Assembly: GCA_011364975.1 (NCBI GenBank)
Contig: RDOE01000001.1
Location: 1-64,000, forward strand
DNA: 64,000 bases
Direction of reading: 5' to 3'
DNA from: Promethearchaeota archaeon
GTDB lineage: Archaea; Asgardarchaeota; Lokiarchaeia; Sigyniarchaeales; SOKP01
The notes under the pieces were generated by a model that made no database searches, was not told where the DNA came from, and saw only the letters and a program-made list of their open reading frames with translations. The stretch's first letter is position 1, and the number at the start of each line of letters is the position of its first letter. A program made the position numbers and the translations under genes. Shown piece by piece: positions 48,610 to 58,780 of the stretch.

Positions 48610-49362
48610 TTATTCCATAATTGGTAAATTAATTTCAGATTGTTCTTCTCCAATAATAAATGTATAATCATATAATGTTTCAGTATGTTCAGAATTATGT
48701 TGAATTGAAACTCTACTTGCTTTTGGACCAAACCTTTTCAGAATGTTTATTATTTTTCCAACTTGCCCGATATTTTTACCTGACATAATTAATGCTAAAT
48801 TCCCTTCTTTAAACTTCAATACCTTCAATATTTCTTGTTCTGGGATTGAAATCTTTAAAACATCCATTCTGTTATATACGTCTTCTTTTGGGTTCTTAGG
48901 ATCTTTTACTCTTATAAGAATATTCCTTCCGTCGTGAAGATTTAACTGAAGATGGCCTCCTTTAATCGTGCTTTTTTGGTTAATTCGGCATAACTTAAAA
49001 TTACTTTCTGATTGTGTTATTTCATATAAGATTAAACCATGATGGGAATCAGGTAATATTCTAAAATGTTTATTGGATCCTTCAATACTTAATACATCCA
49101 TCAGACCTACAGGATAACCTTTATCTTTTACAACCTTACCATCAATTTTAAAATTACCTAATCCAATCAATTTTTTTGCTTCCCTATGGTTATCAACGAT
49201 TTGTAGAAGATCTCGAACGATATGTAATAGGGGTAAACTAAATCGTGAAGGATGTGGGCCAGGGGATGGTTTTACAAAGAATTTACCATGTTTTCTCTTA
49301 ATCTGTAAAAATTTTGGGGTATTTAACCTTTTTAATGTCTTTTTTTCTCCATGACGTGTCAT
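48610..49362 (-). CDS. rps4e: 30S ribosomal protein eS4
   Basis: LKRL..P, PSPGPH, PVGLMDV, LHDGRN. Confidence 0.97.
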   Translation of the reverse strand: MTRHGEKKTLKRLNTPKFLQIKRKHGKFFVKPSPGPHPSRFSLPLLHIVRDLLQIVDNHREAKKLIGLGNFKIDGKVVKDKGYPVGLMDVLSIEGSNKHFRILPDSHHGLILYEITQSESNFKLCRINQKSTIKGGHLQLNLHDGRNILIRVKDPKNPKEDVYNRMDVLKISIPEQEILKVLKFKEGNLALIMSGKNIGQVGKIINILKRFGPKASRVSIQHNSEHTETLYDYTFIIGEEQSEINLPIME

Positions 49363-49368
49363 TTAATA

Positions 49369-49797
49369 TTACTCCTCCGATTTTTTTCCTTTTTTTGGTG
49401 ATATTAGTCCTTCTTCCTTGAAACCGTAAAGAGCTTTTCTATCAATAATTTTTGCTCTCCAAGGATCTAACTTTTTCTCTTTTTCTAATTTTGTAATAAC
49501 TATTTTTGATATATGAACAGTAGGATGAAATTGAGTTCCATCAGCTTTATCAAAAGTTACCTCCTTGATTTGTACTCTTAAATCATTCGTAACTTCAATA
49601 ACTTCTCCCTCAAAATCCTTAAATTCTCCTTTTACTACTCTAACTTGATCCCCTACTCTAATAGGTAATGATTTAATACCATATTCCTCTCTTACAAAAT
49701 CGGCTACTCTAGTGGATAATAAATTTGATCTATTGTGATTTTTAAAATTAAATAATGCCTTTCTTTGCTTCCGAGGTTGTTTTGATTGTATTTTCAT
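49369..49797 (-). CDS. rpl24: 50S ribosomal protein uL24
   Basis: SKQPRKQRK, GD.V.V..G. Confidence 0.96.
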   Translation of the reverse strand: MKIQSKQPRKQRKALFNFKNHNRSNLLSTRVADFVREEYGIKSLPIRVGDQVRVVKGEFKDFEGEVIEVTNDLRVQIKEVTFDKADGTQFHPTVHISKIVITKLEKEKKLDPWRAKIIDRKALYGFKEEGLISPKKGKKSEE

Positions 49798-49818
49798 TCC
49801 ATAACACTTCCATTTCCA

Positions 49819-50244
49819 TTAAATTATTAATGATGAGATCGATGCTAATCGGGGAAATAATTCTGCGGCTTCCCTCGCAATAGGACCTCTAATTTCGGTC
49901 CCTTTGGGATCTCCTTCTTTTGTTATTAATACACCCGCATTATCTTCAAAACATAATCGAGTTCCATCTAATCTTCTATATACCATTTTCTGTCGAACTA
50001 TAACCGCTTTCATAATTGTTCCACGTAAATCTGGACGTCCTTTTTTAATGGTCACAGAACAAACAGATCCTACAGTTGCTTGAGGTAATCTTCTAAGACG
50101 TGTTTTTGCATGATCAACATTTATTATTTGAGCGATTTTTGCGCCAGAATTATCTGTGATAAACATTTGAGTACCATTTTGTAATCCATAGCTTGTTCTT
50201 GCTCTCACTTGCTTCTTTTTTCCTGTTTTTCTTCGCGTTCCCAT
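49819..50244 (-). CDS. rpl14: 50S ribosomal protein uL14
   Basis: DNSGAK, FEDNA, KGTEIRGPIAREA. Confidence 0.97.
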   Translation of the reverse strand: MGTRRKTGKKKQVRARTSYGLQNGTQMFITDNSGAKIAQIINVDHAKTRLRRLPQATVGSVCSVTIKKGRPDLRGTIMKAVIVRQKMVYRRLDGTRLCFEDNAGVLITKEGDPKGTEIRGPIAREAAELFPRLASISSLII

Positions 50245-50610
50245 TTATTCAGCACCACTCTCAATTTTATCCAATAATATGAATGCCTTTGTTTTAGAGA
50301 TTTTTCTGCTTTCACCTATGCGTACTAAATCTCCTATATTAATTTCGTTTCTTAGGCATGATGGTAAATGACATGGTAGACGTGAATTACGTCTTTCATA
50401 TCTTTGATATTTTCTAACAAATTGAACGTAATCTTGCCTTATTATGACAGTGTTTCGAGACTTTTTACTAACTACTACTCCCTTAGTTATTTTTCCCCTT
50501 ATTCTGGTACTGCCATGAAAAGGACAATATTTATCATCACATTCTCTTACTCGAGGGGGATTCACTCCCGGGATTCCTATATTTCTAACACTCATTATTT
50601 TTTTAACCAC
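50245..50610 (-). CDS. rps17: 30S ribosomal protein uS17
   Basis: RNIGI, C.D..CPFHG, KY.RYE.R. Confidence 0.96.
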   Translation of the reverse strand: MVKKIMSVRNIGIPGVNPPRVRECDDKYCPFHGSTRIRGKITKGVVVSKKSRNTVIIRQDYVQFVRKYQRYERRNSRLPCHLPSCLRNEINIGDLVRIGESRKISKTKAFILLDKIESGAE

Positions 50611-50888
50611 TTCTTCTTTTTTAAACTTCTCAATCTATTTTCAGGAATACCAATAATATTAATTCCATCAACCTCCAACATTCCTTCCTTAAGAACAAAG
50701 CGAAAAATATAATCTTTTTTAATATATTTTTTCATTTCATGATTTTTTATAGTTATTAGCAAATTTTGAGTGTCATCGATTATGCTTCCGATATCTAAAA
50801 ATCCTTCATTGGTCTTTTTGAACTTAGCTTTTGCATAAACTTTAAATCCAATTAAATCATGATATATTAAGTATTTGGGACTAATCAT
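50595..50888 (-). CDS. rnp1: RNase P protein component 1 (Rpp29)
   Basis: HDLIG, G.IIDDT.N, VDG..I.G.PE.RL; operon position. Confidence 0.88.
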   Translation of the reverse strand: MISPKYLIYHDLIGFKVYAKAKFKKTNEGFLDIGSIIDDTQNLLITIKNHEMKKYIKKDYIFRFVLKEGMLEVDGINIIGIPENRLRSLKKKKWLKK

Positions 50889-50899
50889 TTTTGTTCACT

Positions 50900-51109
50900 T
50901 CACTTCTTTTCATTTTTTACAGTAAGAATTCGAGCAATCTGCTTTCTTATCATTTTAGCTTTAGCAGGATTATCTGCAATTCCCCCTCCAGTCTGTTGAC
51001 TGAAAAGCATCATTAATTCTTCTCTTAATGAGAGTAAAGTTCTTTCTCTCTCTCTCTCATCCATTTCTCTAACTTTTTGAGCTGTAATTAAATCTGTCAT
51101 TATTTGCAC
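50900..51109 (-). CDS. rpl29: 50S ribosomal protein uL29
   Basis: NP.K...IRK.IARILT. Confidence 0.95.
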   Translation of the reverse strand: MQIMTDLITAQKVREMDERERERTLLSLREELMMLFSQQTGGGIADNPAKAKMIRKQIARILTVKNEKK

Positions 51110-51127
51110 CTTTAATTAAATTATAAA

Positions 51128-51919
51128 TTACTCTCCTTCTTGTTCTTCTTCATCGGGTTCTAATGAGATTTCAGATACATCCTCTTCTTCAACATCTTCA
51201 AATAATTCTCTCTCTTCGTCAGTAGGTTCTCGCTCATCCTCAGCAATCTCATATTCACGTTCTATTCTTGTCTTTCCCTTTTTAGCTATTATCTGAGCTT
51301 GGGCTTTAGCTAATGCTTCCTCATCGATTTTCACGGTATCACCCATTTTCGTATCGGCTCGCATAATTTTTACAATTATTCCTAATACTCCACTTTTTTG
51401 AATACATTGGGCAACACCTTTATCAACACCTACTTGTGCAGGCTGACCTGATTTAGACATCGTACCTGCTCGAAAGATACTAGTACGTGCTCGCTGAGAA
51501 GTTACTTTTCCTGAGACAACTACTTCACACCCTCTTGCTCCCGCATCCATTACCTTTCTTAAAATATAATAACCTGCTCTACGATAATGTCTTCCTCTAT
51601 CAAGAGAATAAGCTAATCTCTCGGCCATAATTTGAGCATCTAAATCGGGATTAGGAACTTCCTCAACCTCTATCTGTGGCATTTCAAGACCGAATTTTTC
51701 TTGTAATACATCAGTAATTTCTTGAATTCGCTTTCCGCCCTTACCAATGACGAGTCCCGGACGGCTTGTCTTAAGCGTTATTCTCACACCTAAGGGGGTT
51801 TTTTGGAGTTCTACTCCAGCAAATCCTGCTCTTACTAATTCTGAACGTAAATATTCATTAATTTGCATCATCTTGATACCTTGTTCAATGAAATGTTTGG
51901 CTAGTGGCAATTGTTTCAA
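51128..51919 (-). CDS. rps3: 30S ribosomal protein uS3
   Basis: RPGLVIG.GG.RI, GARGCEV..SGK; acidic tail. Confidence 0.97.
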   Translation of the reverse strand: MKQLPLAKHFIEQGIKMMQINEYLRSELVRAGFAGVELQKTPLGVRITLKTSRPGLVIGKGGKRIQEITDVLQEKFGLEMPQIEVEEVPNPDLDAQIMAERLAYSLDRGRHYRRAGYYILRKVMDAGARGCEVVVSGKVTSQRARTSIFRAGTMSKSGQPAQVGVDKGVAQCIQKSGVLGIIVKIMRADTKMGDTVKIDEEALAKAQAQIIAKKGKTRIEREYEIAEDEREPTDEERELFEDVEEEDVSEISLEPDEEEQEGE

Positions 51920-51962
51920 CCTGAGTTTTTTTTATATTTATTTTATATTTTTTATATTTCAA

Positions 51963-52442
51963 TTAACTTGGAAATTCATAAATGACAATTTCAACATGAC
52001 TTAAATGCCTAAATTTAGCGGTGGATCTACCATGTGCGCGAGGGATATAACGTTTTATAATTCTTCCTTTATGAGCAGCAGCGTGGATAATTCGGCATTG
52101 TTCGATATCTAAACCTTTATATTCTGCATTAGATTCTGCAGAAGTTAAAATTTCATATACTCTGGCTGCCGCTTTTTGGGGATATCTTCCCGCATACCAT
52201 TTAAATGGCTTAAGATCTTTTTTGTGTGCTTGTTTTTTCTTATATCTACGAAATGGAACTGATTGTTTTAATTGAATAACCTTTTCTAAGAATGTCTTTG
52301 CTTGCTCAACTTTCATACCTTTTATTACTGCACAGATTTCTCTCGCATGTTTAGGCTTTATCCTAAGATCTCTACCTGATGCTTTTGCCAATCTATCAGC
52401 ATCATACTTTTGTTCTGCAAAAGAGTAACCCCAATTAGGCAT
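51963..52442 (-). CDS. rpl22: 50S ribosomal protein uL22
   Basis: GRYPQKAA, PRAHGR. Confidence 0.97.
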   Translation of the reverse strand: MPNWGYSFAEQKYDADRLAKASGRDLRIKPKHAREICAVIKGMKVEQAKTFLEKVIQLKQSVPFRRYKKKQAHKKDLKPFKWYAGRYPQKAAARVYEILTSAESNAEYKGLDIEQCRIIHAAAHKGRIIKRYIPRAHGRSTAKFRHLSHVEIVIYEFPS

Positions 52443-52556
52443 CTTTTATCACTTATATTTGAAATTTTTGTTAATTTTTATTGATTGTTGTAATTTTTTA
52501 TTAATTGATTTTTAATCCGAATTTTTTTAATTCAATACTGGGTAGAGTAGATGACT

Positions 52557-53090
52557 TTACTTTAATGGCACATATTTACTGGATCTAGTAGCACCAATTC
52601 CGGGGGATCCATGCTGTACTCGTTTGCGTGTCAAAGAGAATTCTCCTAAATAATGGCCAATCATTTCAGGTTTGATTTCAACAGTTTCATAGCTCCTTCC
52701 ACTATAAACTCCTATTTTTAGACCCACCATTTCTGGAAAGATTAACATATCTCTTACGTGAGTGCGTGTTAGTATATCTTTTCCTCTCTTTTTTGCCCGG
52801 TAAGCTCGTCTCAATCTTTCTAATAATTTCTTTTGCCGGGGAGGTAACCCTCTTTTTAAAGATCTCCGTGCTCTTGCAGGAAGTAACTGTATAAATTCAT
52901 CCATGCTCATCTTTTTAAGATCTTCAATCGTAAAACCTCTATAATGGAATTTAAGCCTATCTCGTTCAGCCTCTAAATCTAATTCATCTAGGTCTTCTTC
53001 TTCTTCAATTTCTTCTGATGATTCCTCTATTTCTTCTTCAAGTTCTTCTTCCTCATGATCCTCTTCTTCTAATTCCTCATCCGGAGTCAT
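52557..53090 (-). CDS. rps19: 30S ribosomal protein uS19 with acidic N-terminal extension
   Basis: [30 protein letters not shown]. Confidence 0.97.
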   Translation of the reverse strand: MTPDEELEEEDHEEEELEEEIEESSEEIEEEEDLDELDLEAERDRLKFHYRGFTIEDLKKMSMDEFIQLLPARARRSLKRGLPPRQKKLLERLRRAYRAKKRGKDILTRTHVRDMLIFPEMVGLKIGVYSGRSYETVEIKPEMIGHYLGEFSLTRKRVQHGSPGIGATRSSKYVPLK

Positions 53091-53322
53091 TTTTCCACCA
53101 AGTAACTTGTTTTATTTATCTAATTTTAATATTTATTTGCGATTTTATTTTGACGTTGTAAGGAAATTAGTTATCTATTAAATTTTAATTTTATTAAAAC
53201 AAGGGAAGTAAAAAGCATAAAATTTAAAAGGTTGTAATGTGAACTTCGAGGAAACCTAATAAATCACATATAATTTTTTTTTATCGAGAAATATAGCATC
53301 GATTTGATCCTATAGAAGCACA

Positions 53323-53997
53323 TTAAATATAATTATTTGGATTATAGACCCTTTCAATATCCTTCTCATCGAATTTACCACTCCATTCTTCATGAATCTT
53401 GACAAAAGCCTCAGGATCCTTATTTGGGTTTATAACACAATGATACATGTTTATTCCATTAACGAATTTATATACATTCTCAACATAATACCATACATTA
53501 TTTCCATTAATTATTATAGGTTTTCCTGCAAGTATTTCCCATTTTTCAGATCTCTGAGAATGAATTTGAATAGAAATCCCCATTTCAGGTTTGATAAATA
53601 TTAAATTATGATCAGGATATGTGAATTTTATACTATACCATTTAGATAATGTATCTATATACCCATTAGGAACATTATATTTTTGAGCAAACAATTCTGG
53701 GTCAAAATTTTCCTGTTTTGAATGTTCATATTTATAGGGATTATATATGACTTCATGAGTTGAAATATCATCATTATATTGTACTTTAACCACCGTATTC
53801 TTCTTGTTTATAATCATATAGAATTTATGAGGGTCTATAGATAAATGTGTGAGGTTTAAATTTTTTGTTATGAATTTGGTATGATTAATAATAAAGAGGT
53901 TATCTAAGTCCTCAGAATCAAAAGATATTTTGAGTAATTTAGATCCATTTTTCCTAAGTTCAGACCCCCTCTCTGATCCTATCACTTCCTCATACAT
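53323..53997 (-). CDS. cupin-domain protein (mannose-6-phosphate isomerase-like)
   Basis: ISIQIHSQRSEKW, H...NP, E.DI.R. Confidence 0.65.
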   Translation of the reverse strand: MYEEVIGSERGSELRKNGSKLLKISFDSEDLDNLFIINHTKFITKNLNLTHLSIDPHKFYMIINKKNTVVKVQYNDDISTHEVIYNPYKYEHSKQENFDPELFAQKYNVPNGYIDTLSKWYSIKFTYPDHNLIFIKPEMGISIQIHSQRSEKWEILAGKPIIINGNNVWYYVENVYKFVNGINMYHCVINPNKDPEAFVKIHEEWSGKFDEKDIERVYNPNNYI

Positions 53998-54980
53998 TAA
54001 CGCTCATCTCCTTTAAGGCTTTTATTATATTCGTTAAATCGCATTTCAATTTCATTTTTAAATGGCATAGATTCTTGAGCACCTGTTTTTGTTACTGCAA
54101 TTGATGCTGCTGATATAGCATATTTTACAGAATTGATAATATTCTCCCCTTGAGAAAGTTTGCTGGCTAAAACTCCATTGAAGCAATCACCGGCGCCTAC
54201 CGTATCAAGAGCTTTAACTTTAAATGCAGGTAATTTCATAAAAAAATTTTCTTCAATTTGATAAATGACCGCTCCTTTTGGACCTAGAGTAGTAATTATA
54301 TTTTTAACACCCAATTCAGAAATATTTTTTGATGCCTGAAGTATTCTTTTTTTCGGATCATCGGATAATGGTTTTAGTTTAAGTAATGAATTTAGTCTGA
54401 ATAACTCTCCTTCATTAGGAATTATTAAATCAAGTTTTTTCAAAATTTCTAAAGGAATAGGCTTTAAGGGAGCAGGATTAAGAATCTTAATAACTTTACC
54501 GGTATTCGCTATTTCGAAAATCTCTAAAATGGTCTCTATGGGAATTTCCATTTGAACTATTAGTACAGAAGCGTTTTTTATTATATTCTCCTTTTTTCGT
54601 ACATCTTCTGGAGTTAAGTTAAAATTAGCCCCTGGAGCCACACTTATAATATTTTCTCCATGTTTATCGATAATAATAAAAGCTATTCCACTTGATTCGT
54701 GAGGATCTCTAAAAATGTGTGAGGTATCAATTCCTTCCTTTATTAATTGTGAAATCATTTGCTCTCCGCAAATATCCGTTCCAATCTTTCCAATAAAAAT
54801 AGTTTCTGATCCAGATCTCTTACATGCAACCGCTTGATTAGCCCCTTTCCCCCCTAGGTATTGCTTAAATTTACCACCTGTTATAGTTTCACCCGGTTGA
54901 GGTAATCTATCTAAATATATATTGAAATCCATATTACTTGAACCAATTATTAGCACATAATTACTACTAACATCCATCAT
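53997..54980 (-). CDS. rbsK: ribokinase (PfkB family)
   Basis: GGKGANQA, NPAP, PNEGE, DTVGAGDCF. Confidence 0.93.
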   Translation of the reverse strand: MMDVSSNYVLIIGSSNMDFNIYLDRLPQPGETITGGKFKQYLGGKGANQAVACKRSGSETIFIGKIGTDICGEQMISQLIKEGIDTSHIFRDPHESSGIAFIIIDKHGENIISVAPGANFNLTPEDVRKKENIIKNASVLIVQMEIPIETILEIFEIANTGKVIKILNPAPLKPIPLEILKKLDLIIPNEGELFRLNSLLKLKPLSDDPKKRILQASKNISELGVKNIITTLGPKGAVIYQIEENFFMKLPAFKVKALDTVGAGDCFNGVLASKLSQGENIINSVKYAISAASIAVTKTGAQESMPFKNEIEMRFNEYNKSLKGDER

Positions 54981-55176
54981 TAATTCACCTAATTCTTCAA
55001 ATTCAAGAGATAATTTTAATTATTATCATAGAACTAGATACTATCACAAATAAATCTAAATAATTCTTACCGAATGGTTTTAATTTAATATATGTTTAAA
55101 AATAATATTAAGCAAAATAAACTTGCTTCAAACTATACTTAAATAAAAAAGATTAGAATTCACAGAGGTGTTCAAA

Positions 55177-55503
55177 ATCGCAAAAGATAAAATAATCGGA
55201 GCTCTAGTTATGATTCTTGGCTTCCTTATTGCGATTATCTATACCATGGGAAGTATTGTTGATTTATTCTTCCGCACATGGGGCGGAAATCCAAATTGGG
55301 CACTTGATCTATTTGGACCAATTGGCAATCTTCTTGATTGGAGACTCTTTGTAGTCGTACCTTTATGGATTATCGTATTATTAATAGCTATCATAGGAAT
55401 TTGGATAGGATATAGCATGCTAACCACTCCAGCGCCAGTTCCCTTAGAAGAACTCGAAGAGGAACTCGCAGCGGAAGAGGAAGCTGCTGAATCTGAAGAA
55501 TAA
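55177..55503 (+). CDS. conserved archaeal two-TM protein (possible ATC start)
   Basis: KDK.IG, WIGY.M.TTPAP.P.EE; the annotated GTG 55168 lies inside the GAGGTG SD. Confidence 0.75.
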   Translation: MAKDKIIGALVMILGFLIAIIYTMGSIVDLFFRTWGGNPNWALDLFGPIGNLLDWRLFVVVPLWIIVLLIAIIGIWIGYSMLTTPAPVPLEELEEELAAEEEAAESEE

Positions 55504-55587
55504 ATAATTATCCTTTTTTTTCTTTATTTCTTAACAATTTTAACAATTATTTAAATACAAGACATAAAAAAATAATGAATGATTTAA

Positions 55588-56100
55588 CTATATTAAACAT
55601 ACTAGCCCAAATCTAAAGATATGATTTTTTGGTGGCCATTCGATATCTATTTGAATTTTTCGGACAGTTTCAGTGACATTTATCCCTACTGCTTCCATAG
55701 AATACTTTATATCATCTGGATATCTACAAGGAATCCCTTCGTCAATAGTACACTTTTTTCCTTCTTTTTGACAAATTCTGCAATGTCCATCCCATAAAAT
55801 TTTAATTTCATTATAATCATTTTTGTTTTCTTTTATAAATCGGGCTACCTCTTCTTCTATATCATCCCTCATAAACTCATATCGCTTAAAATATGCATTT
55901 TTATTTTTGATTAACTCTTTTTTTACATAAATTAGGAAAAATTTCTTAAATTGCAGTATTTGCTCTTCAAGATATGGCGCTTTAGGGGGACAAGCCCATG
56001 AATGATTATAATTAGGGCATTTAAACTTCGGATTATTGCAATAAGTTTGTACTTCTGGATCAAAAACAATTGTATCCTTATTAATCTCTATCCATGGCAT
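55588..56100 (-). CDS. DUF2284 metal-binding protein
   Basis: C..Y...WACPP, G.C..C...C....PC.YP, SMEA.GI.V. Confidence 0.88.
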   Translation of the reverse strand: MPWIEINKDTIVFDPEVQTYCNNPKFKCPNYNHSWACPPKAPYLEEQILQFKKFFLIYVKKELIKNKNAYFKRYEFMRDDIEEEVARFIKENKNDYNEIKILWDGHCRICQKEGKKCTIDEGIPCRYPDDIKYSMEAVGINVTETVRKIQIDIEWPPKNHIFRFGLVCLI

Positions 56101-56291
56101 AAAAATGGCGTTTTAAAATAATCTCGTTATCATAAAAAAGGTTTCTTTAAAGAAAAGATTTTTTCTTATAAAAAGCATTGAATTCTTATGAGATTTAGCT
56201 TATTAATGCCAATTATAGATTAGGATGTATTTTATAATGCTCATCTAAATTCAACTAAGAGTTTTTATAGTCAGATGAAAATAGATAGGTA

Positions 56292-56912
56292 ATGATCATT
56301 AATGAAGTAGAAGCAACCATTCATAGTAAGATTGTTTATGTAGGTCCTGCGATGTCAGGGAAAACTACTACCTTGAAAGTGCTTTCAGAATATTATAGGG
56401 ATAAAGTTGTAAATGATTTTTTGAGTATTGAGAATACATCTGGTAGGACATTATATTTTGATTATCTACTTCTATTTTTTAAGAAGAAAAGATACTCTCT
56501 TAAAACTCATGTTTATTCTACGACAGGACAAGATTTTTATGCTATTACAAGACCTGATACAATTAGAAACTTAGATGGTGTAGTATTTATTGCAGATTCT
56601 GTCGAAGAAGCATTATCTCGTAATATTTCTTCTTGGAAAGAACTGGAACATTATCTCGGTAATGATTATTTATTTCTTCCCAAAGTAGTAGTATTTAATA
56701 AGCAAGATTTATCACCCAAATTTGATAAAAATATATTTTTAACCGCTATTAGAAGTTATAAATACACTAATTTTGAAACCACAGAATCAATTGCTACAGA
56801 AGGGGAGGGCGTTATTGAATCATTTAGGATAATATTGAGATTAATATTAGAAACTTCACCTTATTTAAATCCATCTTATCTCAAGCCTAAAAAAAAGCAA
56901 GTATTAACTTAA
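56292..56912 (+). CDS. small GTPase, MglA/Arf-like
   Basis: KIVYVGPAMSGKTT, RTLYFD, GQ, DGVVFIADS, NKQD. Confidence 0.9.
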   Translation: MIINEVEATIHSKIVYVGPAMSGKTTTLKVLSEYYRDKVVNDFLSIENTSGRTLYFDYLLLFFKKKRYSLKTHVYSTTGQDFYAITRPDTIRNLDGVVFIADSVEEALSRNISSWKELEHYLGNDYLFLPKVVVFNKQDLSPKFDKNIFLTAIRSYKYTNFETTESIATEGEGVIESFRIILRLILETSPYLNPSYLKPKKKQVLT

Positions 56913-56928
56913 TTATTAATATTCAGTG

Positions 56929-57894
56929 TTAATGCATCCATAATTCTTCAAGATCATCTAAAGCTTGTTCTTTTGCCCATATGATTTCTAGACAAAAATA
57001 ATCCTTTATTATTTCTGAAAGATAATAAAGATAATCCCGGTTTATCTTGAGGTTCAAGTTTTGGTAAAGAAATTTTATTAATCTTCTAGCAGTAACAGGT
57101 TTTGTAATTCCAATATTTTTCAAATATTCGCATATTCTCTGAGCTAACAATATATCAATTTCTTGAAAGTTTAAGTTTTCAGGTTCAATATCAGAGATAA
57201 TAATATCGATTTTATGATAATTTTTTGGATTGAGATTATCATCTATCTGGCAAATAAATGAATGTTCACATATTTTGAATTTGGGGACAAATATGCTTAT
57301 ATAAGTTTTATCTATGTTTAGTTTGCTTAAAGGAATTCTTAGTTTATCTTTTTTCCTGCAATATGGACATTCCACTGTAATTGTTTTCCAATTTTCACTT
57401 TCAAATCGAATGATTTCTGGATATAATAATTTGAAATAATTATTATAAATGTTCAGAAATTCTGCTTGATATCCAGGTGATACTAAACTTAGAGCCGTTT
57501 TTCGAAAATTTTTATCTTTAATATTGAGAAATTGAGGTAACCAACTAAGTTTTTTCAAATCATTAGCAAAATCTGAAAGAATGGATTGTTTTGATTTAAG
57601 GAATTTAAAAATATCAATATATTCATTTTTAAGATTATCCTCCTTAATAATATACGAGATAAGCATTTGTTCATAACCCCCTCGCGAAAAATTCGAGTTA
57701 ATTAAGAAAGAATAATTAATTGTATGATATTTTTCATTTGCCAGAATAATACAATGTTCTCTTGTGTTGAAATCTAGTAATTTATCAAATTCAATTGGCT
57801 GGTGATCATTTAAATTTTCGTTAGAATGAAAAATTGAGGGGCCAATTATCTGATCGAAATAAGATATAACTAAAAACCAAGAAATTTGCTTCAT
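56929..57894 (-). CDS. uDENN/longin-like domain plus zinc-ribbon protein
   Basis: SYFDQIIGP N-terminal motif, RGG.E.MLIS, CPYC...CEHSF...D.N. Confidence 0.55.
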   Translation of the reverse strand: MKQISWFLVISYFDQIIGPSIFHSNENLNDHQPIEFDKLLDFNTREHCIILANEKYHTINYSFLINSNFSRGGYEQMLISYIIKEDNLKNEYIDIFKFLKSKQSILSDFANDLKKLSWLPQFLNIKDKNFRKTALSLVSPGYQAEFLNIYNNYFKLLYPEIIRFESENWKTITVECPYCRKKDKLRIPLSKLNIDKTYISIFVPKFKICEHSFICQIDDNLNPKNYHKIDIIISDIEPENLNFQEIDILLAQRICEYLKNIGITKPVTARRLIKFLYQNLNLKINRDYLYYLSEIIKDYFCLEIIWAKEQALDDLEELWMH

Positions 57895-58000
57895 ACATAT
57901 CAGTTAAGTTTTAGATAATATTTCTCTAAATTCTGCTATTTATAGTTCGCTTAAAATTGGAAGGGAGTCGGTTAAGCTATTAGAACAAATAGATAATACT

Positions 58001-58744
58001 TTAAATAGAAAGTGAATTGAAATTAATACTTAGGGTTTTTAAATCGATGGTAATTAACGAATAATTATCAATTTCTGTAGAATTTGCTTTTATGGGAGTA
58101 GTGGATACAAAAATAGTATTTTTATCTTTATTTATAAATAAAGTATGATGTCTCCCATTAAAATTAGAATTATGATAATTAACAACATGACATTCATTAG
58201 CATTGAATAAAAATGCATTTGCTCCTGCTCCTATTTTAACGCGTTTGAATAAATATTCTAAAGATTCTTTTAAAGTATAGTTCTTTTGAATTTTGTCAAT
58301 AAGATGGCAGAGATATTTTCTTGTATCAAGGGTTGTATTCTTATTAATTATGTCTAATTTAGGATTACATAATTTATTTTCCGGAAAATACTTTATAATT
58401 CCATTATGAGTAATTAGGTATTTTTCATGAATACTAATTGGATGGATGCTACTAAAACTTTTATTCCATGGTTTAGCTTTTCTTGCATGAACCAATAAGA
58501 ATCTAGTTTTAATAGTAGCAAGTTTTTTCCAATCTGAATGATATATAGGATTTATATCTCTTTTTATGATGAGAGAATTGTTATTATGATCATCAATGTA
58601 AGCGAAACCCCATCCAAGGTTATGATGACCAAATAAATCATATTTATGTAGATATCTCCAATGACAAGTTTTAATAAATTTTTTCAAAATACTCGAATCT
58701 ATAGTTAACGGTTCTGTAGAACACTGAAAAAACATACGACACAT
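58001..58744 (-). CDS. class II glutamine amidotransferase
   Basis: MCRMF, GWG, HARKA, HP, HNG. Confidence 0.88.
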   Translation of the reverse strand: MCRMFFQCSTEPLTIDSSILKKFIKTCHWRYLHKYDLFGHHNLGWGFAYIDDHNNNSLIIKRDINPIYHSDWKKLATIKTRFLLVHARKAKPWNKSFSSIHPISIHEKYLITHNGIIKYFPENKLCNPKLDIINKNTTLDTRKYLCHLIDKIQKNYTLKESLEYLFKRVKIGAGANAFLFNANECHVVNYHNSNFNGRHHTLFINKDKNTIFVSTTPIKANSTEIDNYSLITIDLKTLSINFNSLSI

Positions 58745-58780
58745 TAATTGTTATTAATTAATGCAAAGTCAAAAAGGTAA

